Positions 16,757 to 26,193 of a stretch of 64,000 nt of DNA are shown piece by piece (position 1 is the first letter of the stretch; each line of letters starts with the position of its first letter). The DNA is from Thermoplasmata archaeon (GTDB taxonomy: Archaea > Thermoplasmatota > Thermoplasmata > UBA10834). The stretch is from NCBI GenBank assembly GCA_038852315.1, contig JAWCKF010000005.1, positions 12,040 through 76,039 of the forward strand. The letters are read 5' to 3'. The notes beneath the pieces are model-generated. The model did not search any database, was not told where the DNA came from, and saw only the letters and a list, made by a program, of their open reading frames with translations. Position numbers and translations under genes: made by a program.

Positions 16757-17170
16757 ATGAAGATAAGCAGTTTCAGATGGCTGTTCGGGAGGAACAGCGA
16801 GTTCTGGCCAACGAACATGAAGACGGGCATGTGGGCGTGGGTGGGCCACAGGCTCACTGGCATTGTCCTGGTCGTCTATGTCTTCATGCACCTGTCGTTC
16901 ATAACGCAGGCGTCGCTGAGCCACGAGAAGTTTGACAGCCTGATGGAGGTTGTTGCTCAGCCCATGTTCGTGTTCCTGGACTTCGTGCTGGTGTGCGCTG
17001 TGATCTATCACGCGATGAACGGGCTGCGGGTGGTGCTCTTCGACATGGGGATAGGCATCAGGCGCCAGAAGCTGGTGTTCTGGGTCATGATGGCGATTGC
17101 TGCGGCCATGATCGTGGCGGGCTTCTGGGTGCTGTTCGACGCAGGACTGTTCCAGGGAGAGTGGTTCTGA
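16757..17170 (+). CDS. sdhC: Succinate dehydrogenase membrane subunit C (cytochrome b-like)
   Basis: 137 aa with three hydrophobic helices. It is the first gene of a C-D-A-B cluster. Its stop overlaps the sdhD ATG (ATGA-type junction at 17168-17172). Confidence 0.7.
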   Translation: MKISSFRWLFGRNSEFWPTNMKTGMWAWVGHRLTGIVLVVYVFMHLSFITQASLSHEKFDSLMEVVAQPMFVFLDFVLVCAVIYHAMNGLRVVLFDMGIGIRRQKLVFWVMMAIAAAMIVAGFWVLFDAGLFQGEWF

Positions 17171-17538
17171 TGGGGGAGCAGAGAGTTGCCACCAGCAAGG
17201 TCGCGGGCACATGGCCTTGGTTCCTCCAGAGGCTCTCCGGCGTGCTCCTGATCGTGCTCCTCGGCATCCACATATTCGTCAGCCACTTCTGGCACGTCGG
17301 CGAGGACATCACCGTGGACAGTGTGAACGAACGCCTTAGGGAGCTCACCTACATCGTCGTGGACTATTCTATGCTTGCCTTGGTGCTCTACCACGGGCTG
17401 AACGGAACGAGGACGGTGTTGCTCGACTTCGACAGGTTCGCGAAGAGGCGGAAGGGTGTGGACGTTGGCCTGACTGTCCTCGGGATAGCGATGATGATCT
17501 GGGGCATAGTCATCCTTTGGCCCTTCATCACGGGCTGA
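17170..17538 (+). CDS. sdhD: Succinate dehydrogenase membrane subunit D
   Basis: This is the inner part of ORF-track 16993..17538. The ATG at 17170 gives MGEQRVATSKVAGTWPWFLQRLSGVLLIVLLGIHIF. 122 aa with three TM helices. Confidence 0.65.
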   Translation: MGEQRVATSKVAGTWPWFLQRLSGVLLIVLLGIHIFVSHFWHVGEDITVDSVNERLRELTYIVVDYSMLALVLYHGLNGTRTVLLDFDRFAKRRKGVDVGLTVLGIAMMIWGIVILWPFITG

Positions 17539-17553
17539 GGGGGTGAATGAGGC

Positions 17554-19254
17554 ATGATATACCACAAGGTTCTGGTCATAGGGGGCGGACTTGCTGGGCT
17601 GAGGGCCGCGATAGAGGCAGCGCCCAGGGTCGATACTGCCATTGTAACTCAGGTGCACCCTGTGAGGTCGCACTCTGGTGCCGCGCAGGGCGGGGTAAAC
17701 GCGGCGCTGGCCAACAACCCACAGGGGGCTGACGACACACCGGAGAAGCACGCGTTTGACACGATTAAGGGCAGCGACTATCTGGCCGATCAGGATGCCG
17801 CGGAGCTAATGACTAGGGAGGCACCCGGCTGCATTTACGAGATCGAGCACTGGGGGTGTCCATTTTCAAGGACCGATGAGGGCAAGATTGCCCAGAGGCC
17901 TTTCGGCGGTGCTGGATTTCCCAGAACTTGCTTCGCTGCCGACAAGACAGGGCAGTACATGCTCCACACGCTGTGGGAGCGATCCGTCAAGCTGAACATA
18001 CCGATATACGAGGACAGGGTCCTCGTGGATGTCGTCCTTGAGGGCGACACGTGCAGGGGTGTGATATGCTGGAATCTGAGGACGGGAGAGCTCGAACCCT
18101 TCATGGCCGAGGCGGTCATATTCGCCACCGGTGGGAGCGGCCAGATATACGGGAGGTCGACGAACGCACTGATCAGTTCCGGCTCCGCACTCGCGGCAGC
18201 GTACAGGCGCGGTGTTCCGCTGAAGGACATGGAGTTCATACAGTTCCATCCGACTTCGCTCTATGGCACGAACATACTTATGACCGAGGGCGCCCGGGGT
18301 GAGGGCGGTTATCTGATAAACGCGCTCGGCGAGAGGTTCATGGCGAGATACGCCCCCAAGGCTATGGAGCTCGGTCCGCGGGACATCGTGTCCAGGGCGA
18401 TTCAGACTGAGATCAACGAGGGCAGGGGCATAGACGGCAAGGACTACGTCTATCTCGACCTGCGTCACCTGGGCAGGGAGAAGATTCTGGAGCGCCTCCC
18501 TGGTATCCGTGAACTTGCGATAAACTTCGTCGGCGTGGATCCGATCGAGAAGCCAGTGCCCATACAGCCGGGCCAGCACTACACGATGGGCGGCATAGAC
18601 ACGGACATAAACGGAGCCACGAAGTTCAAGGGTCTGTATGCCGCGGGCGAATGCGCTTGCGTGAGCGTTCATGGGGCCAACAGGCTCGGGGGAAACTCCC
18701 TTCTCGACACCGTCGTCTTCGGCAAGATAGCTGGGAGGGTGGCGGCGGACTACGTCCTCGCCAAGAAGGACCAGAAGCAGGGCGAGGCCGCGATCATGAA
18801 GTGTATGAGGGAGACGCGCGCCAGGATAGACGACCTCCTCTCCAGGAACGGCCCGGAGAACCATGCTGACATCAGGGCCGAGATGCGTGAAACCATGATC
18901 ACAAAGGTGGGGATATTCAGAGACAAGAAGCCGATGGAGGAGGCCCTCGCCAAGATAAGGGAGCTCAAGGAGAGGTACAAGCGCATAACGGTCCAGAACA
19001 AGGGAAAGATCTACAACCTCGACCTCATACGCGCGCTCGAGCTGGAGGGCATGCTCGACGTGGCTGAGGCGATAATCGTCGGGGCCCTCAAGAGGGAGGA
19101 GAGCAGAGGAGCGCATTCCAGGCTCGACTTCAAAGAGAGGGACGACGAGAGGTTCCTCAAGCACACGATTGCGACCTACTCGCCGTCCGGCCCGATCATA
19201 ACCTATTCGCCGGTCAAGATAACCAAGTACAAACCTGAGGCGAGGAGGTACTGA
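17554..19254 (+). CDS. sdhA: Succinate dehydrogenase/fumarate reductase flavoprotein subunit
   Basis: 566 aa. FAD motif is [12 protein letters not shown]. The SHSGAAQGG (FAD histidine region), HPT and EGARGEGG motifs are present, together with the C-terminal RGAHSR. Confidence 0.95.
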   Translation: MIYHKVLVIGGGLAGLRAAIEAAPRVDTAIVTQVHPVRSHSGAAQGGVNAALANNPQGADDTPEKHAFDTIKGSDYLADQDAAELMTREAPGCIYEIEHWGCPFSRTDEGKIAQRPFGGAGFPRTCFAADKTGQYMLHTLWERSVKLNIPIYEDRVLVDVVLEGDTCRGVICWNLRTGELEPFMAEAVIFATGGSGQIYGRSTNALISSGSALAAAYRRGVPLKDMEFIQFHPTSLYGTNILMTEGARGEGGYLINALGERFMARYAPKAMELGPRDIVSRAIQTEINEGRGIDGKDYVYLDLRHLGREKILERLPGIRELAINFVGVDPIEKPVPIQPGQHYTMGGIDTDINGATKFKGLYAAGECACVSVHGANRLGGNSLLDTVVFGKIAGRVAADYVLAKKDQKQGEAAIMKCMRETRARIDDLLSRNGPENHADIRAEMRETMITKVGIFRDKKPMEEALAKIRELKERYKRITVQNKGKIYNLDLIRALELEGMLDVAEAIIVGALKREESRGAHSRLDFKERDDERFLKHTIATYSPSGPIITYSPVKITKYKPEARRY

Positions 19255-19255
19255 T

Positions 19256-19990
19256 ATGGCCGATGGAGAGGTGACGCTGAAGATACAGAGGTTCGACCCT
19301 TCCGCGGACACGGAGCCGTACTGGCAGACCTTCAGGATACCGCTCAGACCGGCAATGACCGTGCTCGACGCGCTGTTCGAGGTGCTCAACCACCACGACG
19401 GGACTCTGGCCTTCAGGTTCTGCTGCAGGGCTGGCGTCTGCGGTTCGTGCGCCATGATGATTGCAGGCAAGGTCAGGCTGGCGTGCGAGACCCAGATCAG
19501 TACTCTGCTGGACAAGGGTGAGATCATGATCAGCCCTCTGCCACACCAGAAGGTGATCAAGGACCTGGCGGTTGACTACGACCTGTTCTTCAGCAGGATC
19601 AAGGCGGTGAAGCCGTACCTGGTTGGCAAGGAGCCATATCCCGAGAAGGAGTACATCCAGATGCCCAAAGAGCGCGTGCCGATCAACGAGCCGATAGACT
19701 GCATACTCTGCGGCTCGTGCACCAGCGTATGCACGATGGCCTGGCTGAACAAGGAATACCTCGGACCAGCAGCTTTGCTCAAGTCCTACAGGTTCCTCGT
19801 TGACACGCGCGATACGATACCCGACGAGCGTCTGGACATAATCGAGAGCGAGAACGGTGTCTTCAGGTGCCACACTCAGTTCAACTGTGTCGAGGCCTGC
19901 CCGAAGAAGCTCAACCCGACCGAGGCGATACAGAGACAGAAGATCAAGCTCATCAAGAGGAGGCTCTTCGGAAGACGAAGGAAGGGCTGA
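19256..19990 (+). CDS. sdhB: Succinate dehydrogenase iron-sulfur subunit
   Basis: 244 aa. Cys clusters are CRAGVCGSC, CILCGSCTSVC and CHTQFNCVEACP. Confidence 0.95.
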   Translation: MADGEVTLKIQRFDPSADTEPYWQTFRIPLRPAMTVLDALFEVLNHHDGTLAFRFCCRAGVCGSCAMMIAGKVRLACETQISTLLDKGEIMISPLPHQKVIKDLAVDYDLFFSRIKAVKPYLVGKEPYPEKEYIQMPKERVPINEPIDCILCGSCTSVCTMAWLNKEYLGPAALLKSYRFLVDTRDTIPDERLDIIESENGVFRCHTQFNCVEACPKKLNPTEAIQRQKIKLIKRRLFGRRRKG

Positions 19991-20112
19991 GGGGGGTCTA
20001 TCACAGGCTGCGTCGTTAGCGTTCTGTGTGATCTGGCCTAGCGCCCTCAGGAGGCCGTTCCTTCAAGGTAAGCGACCGAGCCTACGTCGATTTGGATGGG
20101 CGGACTTCGGTG

Positions 20113-20535
20113 TTACTTCTTGCCTTCCTTGAGTGACGTGAAGAAGTCGTGGTGGTCTTCTTCGTCCTCGAGTATTGATTCGAAGATGAACCTCGTCGTC
20201 GGGTCCTTCTCGGCATCCGCGAGATCCTCTATCTTCTTGTACATCTCCATAGCCTCGACCTCGGCTTTGATGTCGTTGTCAATCATCTCCCAAAGAGACC
20301 CGCCGACGTTTATCGGCGCGGGCTTCGTCGTGGGCACGCCGCCCAGGTACCAGAGCCTCTCAGCTATCTTCTCCGCGTGCTTCATCTCCTGGACCGCTAT
20401 CTCCTTCAGCTTCTCGCTAACCGCGAAGTGCTCTGGTCCGGCCCACTGCACATGTTGCCACATGTACTGGACCGATACCTGAATCTCCCTAGCTATCGCC
20501 TCATTCAGCATGTTCTTCAGTTTCTCAGACGCCAT
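20113..20535 (-). CDS. Bacterioferritin/ferritin-like four-helix-bundle protein
   Basis: 140 aa. Motifs are REIQVSVQYMW, QEMKHAEKIAERL and ILEDEEDHHDFF, consistent with ferritin-like di-iron ligands. Confidence 0.7.
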   Translation of the reverse strand: MASEKLKNMLNEAIAREIQVSVQYMWQHVQWAGPEHFAVSEKLKEIAVQEMKHAEKIAERLWYLGGVPTTKPAPINVGGSLWEMIDNDIKAEVEAMEMYKKIEDLADAEKDPTTRFIFESILEDEEDHHDFFTSLKEGKK

Positions 20536-20558
20536 TCTCTCTCCTCCATGTTCTGTGG

Positions 20559-20590
20559 CCGCGCAGATTGCTCGGCTGACAGCTGCGCGG
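20559..20590 (-). promoter_or_regulatory. 8-bp perfect inverted repeat (CCGCGCAG / CTGCGCGG, 16-nt spacer) just upstream of the ferritin-like gene
   Basis: Read directly. It lies 24-55 nt upstream of the ATG at 20535 on the coding strand. It is a possible 5'-UTR hairpin or operator. Confidence 0.3.
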
Positions 20591-20725
20591 TCCTATGTCG
20601 GCGCCCCGTACAGGCCATCTCAATCGTTTAAACCTTTTCGCGAACCCGTCAGAGAGCAGAGTTCGGGCTTGCGTTCCTTTGACGTAACCGTCATCATGTA
20701 GAATCGCTATTCTGGGTAGGGTTGT

Positions 20726-21106
20726 ATGGTCAGGGTCAGGTTTACCGTAGACAACACAGGTCACTTCGATGTCGAGCTAAGGACGCCCGCGTCACCTTCA
20801 GTGAAGGCGCTGCTCAGCGCCCTGCCATTCTCCACGCGAGCTCACAGGTGGGGGGAGGAGGTGTACTTCGAGGTGCCGTTCCATGTGGACCTCGAGTCCG
20901 ACGCCCGTCAGGATTTCGACGTCGGAGAGGTTGGCTTCTGGCCAGATGGGGACGCCATAGCCATCTTCTTCGGTAGGACGCCTGCCAGCACTGACGACAG
21001 ACCACGAGCGTACAGCCCGTGCAACCCCGTAGGCCGGGTAGTGGGTGACTTGAGCACTCTCTCGTCAGTCAGAGAGGGCTCGCCAGTGAGGGCGGCCCGT
21101 GCCTGA
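20726..21106 (+). CDS. Cyclophilin-like fold protein (PF04126 / TM1367-like)
   Basis: 126 aa. Pattern LPFSTRAHRWGEEVYFEVP...GEVGFWPDGDAIAIFFGRTP is typical of the family. Confidence 0.65.
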   Translation: MVRVRFTVDNTGHFDVELRTPASPSVKALLSALPFSTRAHRWGEEVYFEVPFHVDLESDARQDFDVGEVGFWPDGDAIAIFFGRTPASTDDRPRAYSPCNPVGRVVGDLSTLSSVREGSPVRAARA

Positions 21107-21117
21107 ATCTTGCACTC

Positions 21118-21885
21118 CTACTGGCATGTGTATCCGCCGTCTACAGAGAACGCCGTGCCCGTGATGAAGCTCGCATCGTCCGACGCGAGGAACAGCACGG
21201 CGCTGGCGACTTCGCGCGGTCTCCCGAGCCTGCCTATCGGATGGCACGCGCAGAGTTCCCTGCGGTATTCGTCGATGGGTTTCCTCCTGGATCTGGCCTC
21301 TTGATAGAACATGGGGGTTTCGATCTCCCCCGGGCAAACGCAGTTGACCCTGATGTTCTTCGTGGCATAGTCAAGCGCCATGCACTTCGTCATGAGAACG
21401 ACGGCGCCTTTTGAGGCGTTGTACGCCACGGCGTTCCTGTCTCCCACGAGGCCGCTGCAGGATGCGTTGTTGACTATGACGCCACCTTTTTGCCTGAGCA
21501 TTATGGGGATGACATGCTTGCACATCAGGAAGACACTCTTCACATTGACCGCCATTATCCTGTCCCATTCCTTCTCGGACACGTCCTCGACTGTGCCCTC
21601 CACGAGGATGCCCGCGTTGTTGAACAGGACATCGATGCCTCCCATGCGTGACACTGTCGTCCTCACCATCCTCCTGACATCGGTACCCTTGGACACATCA
21701 CCGATCAGAAGCAGCGGGTCGAACCCTCTGCCGCGCATTTCGGCAACGGCAGCCTCGCCGTTCCTCCGCGAGATGTCAAACAGAGCCACGCGAGCCCCTT
21801 CCTCCAAGAACGCCTCTACCGTGGCCTTTCCTATCCCTGATGCCCCTCCTGTGACGACTACTCTCTTTCCCTCGAATCTTCTCAT
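21118..21885 (-). CDS. Short-chain dehydrogenase/reductase (SDR)
   Basis: ORF track 21118..21900; ATG at 21885 (MRRFEGKRVVVTGGASGIGKA). The NNAG motif and catalytic YNASKGAV are present. Confidence 0.8.
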   Translation of the reverse strand: MRRFEGKRVVVTGGASGIGKATVEAFLEEGARVALFDISRRNGEAAVAEMRGRGFDPLLLIGDVSKGTDVRRMVRTTVSRMGGIDVLFNNAGILVEGTVEDVSEKEWDRIMAVNVKSVFLMCKHVIPIMLRQKGGVIVNNASCSGLVGDRNAVAYNASKGAVVLMTKCMALDYATKNIRVNCVCPGEIETPMFYQEARSRRKPIDEYRRELCACHPIGRLGRPREVASAVLFLASDDASFITGTAFSVDGGYTCQ

Positions 21886-22009
21886 AGGCAAGCGTACCAC
21901 AAGAACGCCGTATCGATGAGATACGATATAACCTTGCGTCGGCTCACCGGGGGCTCATCCAGCAAGTAGAAATAAGTGCGATGAGTTCGGCGTAGCGAGG
22001 CTGAATCAA

Positions 22010-22588
22010 TTGGCCCTGAGAGTCCTAGGTCTGTTGGGCAGCCCTTGCACGGACGGCAACACGGCCGCGCTCCTCGATGCCGTGCTCGAAGGAGCCAGGG
22101 CGGCAGGGGCAGAGACTGAGAGGATAGACTTGGCCAGGCTCAACATCCACCCTTGCTACGAGTGCAGGGGCTGCGACTCAGAGGGTGCATGCGTCAGGGC
22201 GACGGACGACATGCCCGTGATATACTCGAGGGTGCGGTTGGTGGATGCCATAGTGCTCGCATCGCCCATCTTCTTCATGGGCGTGACAGCCCAGACCAAG
22301 GCTATGATCGATAGGTGTCAGTGCTTCTGGGTCGAGAGGTTCGTTCTGAAGAGACGCCACTACGAAGGCAGGAGGAGGCCAAAGGGTCTGTTCGTCTCGT
22401 GCGCCGGGGGCTCGAAGATGAGCATGTTCGACCCCGCCATCCACGTCGTCAGGGCATTCTTCTCTGCGCTCGATTTTGAATACGCTGGCGAGATTCTGCT
22501 GCCCGGCACCGACGCCCCTGACATAGGTTTGCGTCGCTCAGCAGCAATCGAAGCTGCGCGGGCGGCCGGCTCGAGGGTATGTCAGTGA
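22010..22588 (+). CDS. Iron-sulfur flavoprotein (Isf-like, flavodoxin-like fold NADPH-dependent FMN reductase family)
   Basis: 192 aa with a TTG start. It carries the compact Cys motif CYECRGCDSEGAC (Cx2Cx2Cx5C) characteristic of Isf, within a flavodoxin-like fold. Confidence 0.65.
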   Translation: MALRVLGLLGSPCTDGNTAALLDAVLEGARAAGAETERIDLARLNIHPCYECRGCDSEGACVRATDDMPVIYSRVRLVDAIVLASPIFFMGVTAQTKAMIDRCQCFWVERFVLKRRHYEGRRRPKGLFVSCAGGSKMSMFDPAIHVVRAFFSALDFEYAGEILLPGTDAPDIGLRRSAAIEAARAAGSRVCQ

Positions 22589-22593
22589 GCGGC

Positions 22594-23766
22594 TCAGAGC
22601 ATCTCTCCCTTTCGCATTACCTTTGCGACGCTTCCGTCTCGTCGCTCCGCGTCGATGTTGACACCAGGAGCGGTCACGAAGTCCCAGTGAATCGCTGACG
22701 CGGAGGTACCTCCGTATGACTTGTTCATCCCGAAGGCGATGTGGGCTGTCCCGCAGATCTTCTCGTCGGTCAGTATGTATCCTATCGCCCTGTCGATTCT
22801 TGGGTTGAACCCTATCCCAAGCTCCGCTATGTTGGTGGTCCTCACTGGCTTGTACCTCCTGGAGTCGATCCTCTGGGCAGCCTTGAACGACTTCACAATC
22901 AAGTCCGCGTTTATCCGAGCGGATATGCTTTGGAGGTCGAGCTTCCCGTCCCTGAATGTGAACCTTACGTCCCTCACCAGCTTCTCGGTCGTCTGGTCTC
23001 TCGTGACAGGGCAGTAGAAGGTGCCTTCACCCACAGTCTCGTGCGTCGCATAGAAAAGCTCTCCGGCGGGAAGGTTCGCCCCTCTGTCGTTCGCCTCGAT
23101 GTCATCGTCGCTGATGAACCCGTCATCGATGTTCGCTCTGCGTCCATCTATTCTAACGCGGAAGTCAGTGCCTTTGTCGTCCCAAATGTGCACCCAGGAA
23201 GCATCGGCGAACTTTCCCTGAAGCCTCCTGCCGGTCCGCATGAGCTGCGCAGGAGGCACGGAGATGCCACCTAGGACTAGTCGCCGAAGATCAGAGAACG
23301 ACACGCCATATGCCTTCGCGGCCGCCTCCGTCGGCCAGCCAACATACGCCCATTTCTTCCCCTCGGTAGGCTTGTGTATGATGTCGACGATCGGCATCAC
23401 TGATTTCTGTCTGGCGTGTATCTTGTTCCGGGGAAGCGAGGCCATGAGCCCCGGATTGTCGAACTCTTCGAGGACGATGATGGCGTCAGCAGACCTCACT
23501 GCCCCCTCAAGATGTCTCGGCGTTATCGAAAGCACTGATGGCGAAGCTGTGCGAAAGACCTCCTTCATGTACCTGTCTGAAGAGACTGTGATGAGGGGAA
23601 CAGCCCCCTGCCTGTAGCACTCTACCGCGATCTTCTCCAGCATCCTCATCGAGTGCGCGCCACCCTTAACGATGACTGCTTCGCCCCTCGAAACGTTCAG
23701 TGAATTGACAACGTTCCTCGCACACGCATCCATCGTCTTCTCGCCCACAGAGACCATTGTGACCAA
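22594..23766 (-). CDS. M29-family aminopeptidase (AmpS/AmpT-like)
   Basis: 390 aa. GTDFRVRI, NLPAGELFYAT, TDEKICGTAHIAFG and IHWDFV parallel the conserved blocks of Thermus aminopeptidase T. Confidence 0.7.
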   Translation of the reverse strand: MVTMVSVGEKTMDACARNVVNSLNVSRGEAVIVKGGAHSMRMLEKIAVECYRQGAVPLITVSSDRYMKEVFRTASPSVLSITPRHLEGAVRSADAIIVLEEFDNPGLMASLPRNKIHARQKSVMPIVDIIHKPTEGKKWAYVGWPTEAAAKAYGVSFSDLRRLVLGGISVPPAQLMRTGRRLQGKFADASWVHIWDDKGTDFRVRIDGRRANIDDGFISDDDIEANDRGANLPAGELFYATHETVGEGTFYCPVTRDQTTEKLVRDVRFTFRDGKLDLQSISARINADLIVKSFKAAQRIDSRRYKPVRTTNIAELGIGFNPRIDRAIGYILTDEKICGTAHIAFGMNKSYGGTSASAIHWDFVTAPGVNIDAERRDGSVAKVMRKGEML

Positions 23767-23836
23767 CCGCTGTGGCGGGCGCAGATTGTCTCGCTACTAA
23801 TACATGCCGGACCTGCTCGGGAAGGATGTGCCATCA

Positions 23837-24298
23837 TCAGAGCCGCTTGACGACGATGGCGGGCCTACAGGTGCGCATGTACTGGGGGCATGCGAGGCAC
23901 CCCTTCAGGTTGGGCCTGCCGGATTCAGGTGGGTCGGTCCTGACGAATCCCAGCTTCTCGAAGAATCCAGGTGCTCTGGCAAGCGCCCAAAGCTCTGACG
24001 CCCCTCTCCTCCTGACGTCTTCCTCTATAGCCTCTAGGAGGCGTCTGCCGAGCCCCTTGCCACGCAACTCCTCGGAGATAGCAAGACACTCCACCGTGAG
24101 CACGCCCCCGCTGTCTTTGAGTCCCACGCAACCCACGAGCCTGGGGCCATCATATATGCCATATGCGGAAATGAAGCCAGAGTACTCGCCATCTTCGAGG
24201 CCCGATGCCAGCGCTAACGAACGCATCGACTGGTAATCGGATGTGGGTCGGAGCTCCAGTTCTGTCATGACAGCTGACGTGAGAAAGAATGATGCCAT
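23837..24298 (-). CDS. GNAT-family N-acetyltransferase
   Basis: 153 aa. Acetyl-CoA motif is LRGKGLGRRLL. The C-terminal Cys-containing tail is GCLACPQYMRTC. The alternative ATG at 24268 is possible. Confidence 0.7.
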   Translation of the reverse strand: MASFFLTSAVMTELELRPTSDYQSMRSLALASGLEDGEYSGFISAYGIYDGPRLVGCVGLKDSGGVLTVECLAISEELRGKGLGRRLLEAIEEDVRRRGASELWALARAPGFFEKLGFVRTDPPESGRPNLKGCLACPQYMRTCRPAIVVKRL

Positions 24299-24378
24299 AC
24301 GGCCTTATCTCTTTCTGGCGACCACGGTAGGCGGAGGAACAGAGCTTATAAATGGGGAGGCGATATGCATCTTCGAGC

Positions 24379-25320
24379 ATGTCGGCCGACAACGCCCCCC
24401 TCATCGACCCCTACGGAAGGCACGTAGGCAGCCTGAGGGTCTCGGTCACACAGAGGTGCGACCTATCCTGTGGTCATTGTCACAAGGAGGGTCAGACGCC
24501 TTCGCGAGAGGAGATGTCACCAGAGGAGATCGCGCGTATCGTGCGCGTAGGTGCATCCTTGGGCATTCGCAAAGTCAAGCTGACTGGGGGAGAGCCTTTG
24601 ATCAGGGAGGACATCAACGAGGTGGTGCGCCTGATATCCCCATTCCTGAGAGAAGTCTCCATGACCACTAACGGGACGCGTCTTCCGGAACTCGCGCGCC
24701 CTCTCAAAGTGGCGGGTCTCAAGAGAGTCAATGTCAGCCTTCACACGCTCAGCCCTACGCGATACGCTTCGATTTGCGGACGCGACTCGCTTCAGCGCGT
24801 CCTCGCAGGGATACACGCCGCGCGGGAGGCTGGCCTGGAGCCGGTCAAAGTCAACATGGTCGTCATGAGATCCATCAATGAGGGGGAGGTGGACGCCATG
24901 ATAGACTTCTGCGCCCGCTCGGGCGCGATACTTCAGCTCATCGAGTATGAGACGGACAGGGAGGGAGCGAGGTGTCCGTCGTTTGCAAAGCGGTTCTTTC
25001 CACTTTCTGCCATCGAAGACCGTCTGAGGAGTATGGCTGCCAGCGTTGAGGTCAACGAGCTTCACAGGCGGAGAAGGTACCGCATCCAAGACAACGGAAC
25101 GACTGCCGAGGTAGAGGTCGTGAGGCCCATGCACAACTCCGAGTTCTGTGCGAACTGCACCAGGCTGAGGCTCTCGAGCGATGGGCTGCTCAAGCCATGT
25201 CTGATGGAGAGCGCTGGCGATGTCGACCTCCTCACCCCCCTACGGATGGGGGCATCTGACGAAGACCTGAAGGCCTTGTTCCGCAAAGCCGTGTCAAATC
25301 GCCGGCCGTACTGGGGCTGA
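24379..25320 (+). CDS. moaA: GTP 3',8-cyclase (molybdenum cofactor biosynthesis protein A, radical SAM)
   Basis: ORF track 24352..25320; ATG at 24379. Radical-SAM motif is CDLSCGHC. The C-terminal Cys cluster is CANCTRLRLSSDGLLKPC. Confidence 0.9.
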   Translation: MSADNAPLIDPYGRHVGSLRVSVTQRCDLSCGHCHKEGQTPSREEMSPEEIARIVRVGASLGIRKVKLTGGEPLIREDINEVVRLISPFLREVSMTTNGTRLPELARPLKVAGLKRVNVSLHTLSPTRYASICGRDSLQRVLAGIHAAREAGLEPVKVNMVVMRSINEGEVDAMIDFCARSGAILQLIEYETDREGARCPSFAKRFFPLSAIEDRLRSMAASVEVNELHRRRRYRIQDNGTTAEVEVVRPMHNSEFCANCTRLRLSSDGLLKPCLMESAGDVDLLTPLRMGASDEDLKALFRKAVSNRRPYWG

Positions 25321-25324
25321 CAAG

Positions 25325-25744
25325 ATGAGCATCACCGTCAACATCACGAGAAGAAGACTGTCTTTAGACCGCGTCATCAGGGCTGTAAGGTCACCTGATG
25401 TCGGAGGGATTGCCGTCTTCGTCGGCACCGTTCGCAGCAGGTCCGGGTCGCGTAGGATCACTGCGCTCTTGCTCGAGGCCGCCGAGGACCTCGCCAGGTC
25501 AGATATCGAAAGGATCGCTAAAGCCGCAAAGAGAAGATTCAATGTAGCGCACGTGGCGGTCTCGCACAGAGTGGGGAGCTTGGGCATCGGTGACGCAATC
25601 GTCATCATTGCGGTGGGCGCTCCGCACCGAAAGGACGCCTTTGCGGCCTGCAGATTCGTCATCGACGAGCTGAAGAAGTCCACGCCTATCTGGAAGAAAG
25701 AGCTGGGGCCTGGTTGGGAGCGCTGGGTCAAAGGGGAGCAGTGA
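25325..25744 (+). CDS. moaE: Molybdopterin synthase catalytic subunit
   Basis: 139 aa. MoaE-like pattern GGIAVFVGTVR...VAVSHRVGSLGIGDAIVIIAVGAPHR...PIWKKE. Confidence 0.8.
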   Translation: MSITVNITRRRLSLDRVIRAVRSPDVGGIAVFVGTVRSRSGSRRITALLLEAAEDLARSDIERIAKAAKRRFNVAHVAVSHRVGSLGIGDAIVIIAVGAPHRKDAFAACRFVIDELKKSTPIWKKELGPGWERWVKGEQ

Positions 25745-25752
25745 TCCGAGAA

Positions 25753-26193
25753 ATGGTGAGGATGGTGGATGTTGGTGACAAGGCCGTCACAAGGCGAGAA
25801 GCAGTCGCGGAGGGGTTTCTTCGTCTGAGGCCCGCGACAGCTCAAGCCGTCGCCTCGGGCAGCACGAAGAAGGGAGATGTGGTGGCCGCCTCAAAGCTGG
25901 CTGGCATCCATGCAGCCAAATCGACAGCCGATCTGCTACCTCTGTGTCACCAGGTGCCGCTCACATCAATCGATGTAGACATCGAAGTCCGTGCTGACGG
26001 ACTCAGGGCCGTCTGCTCGGTCACCGCCAACTACAAGACGGGTGTTGAGATGGAGGCGCTCGTCGGCGTCACCGCTGCTCTCCTGAACGCGTGGGACATG
26101 GTGAAGTACCTGGAAAAGGACGCGAAGGGTCAGTACCCCCAGACGGCTATCGAGGGCGTGCGGGTGGTCAGGAAATCCAAGAGGGCGAGATGA
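25753..26193 (+). CDS. moaC: Cyclic pyranopterin monophosphate synthase
   Basis: ORF track 25714..26193. The ATG at 25753 lies just after the moaE stop. Motifs are MVDVGDK, KGDV, LPLCH and TGVEMEAL. Confidence 0.9.
   Translation: MVRMVDVGDKAVTRREAVAEGFLRLRPATAQAVASGSTKKGDVVAASKLAGIHAAKSTADLLPLCHQVPLTSIDVDIEVRADGLRAVCSVTANYKTGVEMEALVGVTAALLNAWDMVKYLEKDAKGQYPQTAIEGVRVVRKSKRAR

Noticed and set aside
17866-19560. Very long antisense ORFs opposite well-supported genes. Examples: 564 aa opposite sdhA; 5036..6241 opposite the saccharopine-DH-like gene; 7915..8958 opposite the MFS gene; 53056..54147 and 55549..56718 opposite cheY/cheW/mcp/cheR; 60813..61715 opposite ilvB.
   Set aside because: Their translations are Arg/Pro/Gly/His-rich low-complexity sequences with no family motifs. 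Each lies antisense or out of frame to a gene with strong motif support. Long stop-free antisense frames are expected in GC-rich coding DNA.
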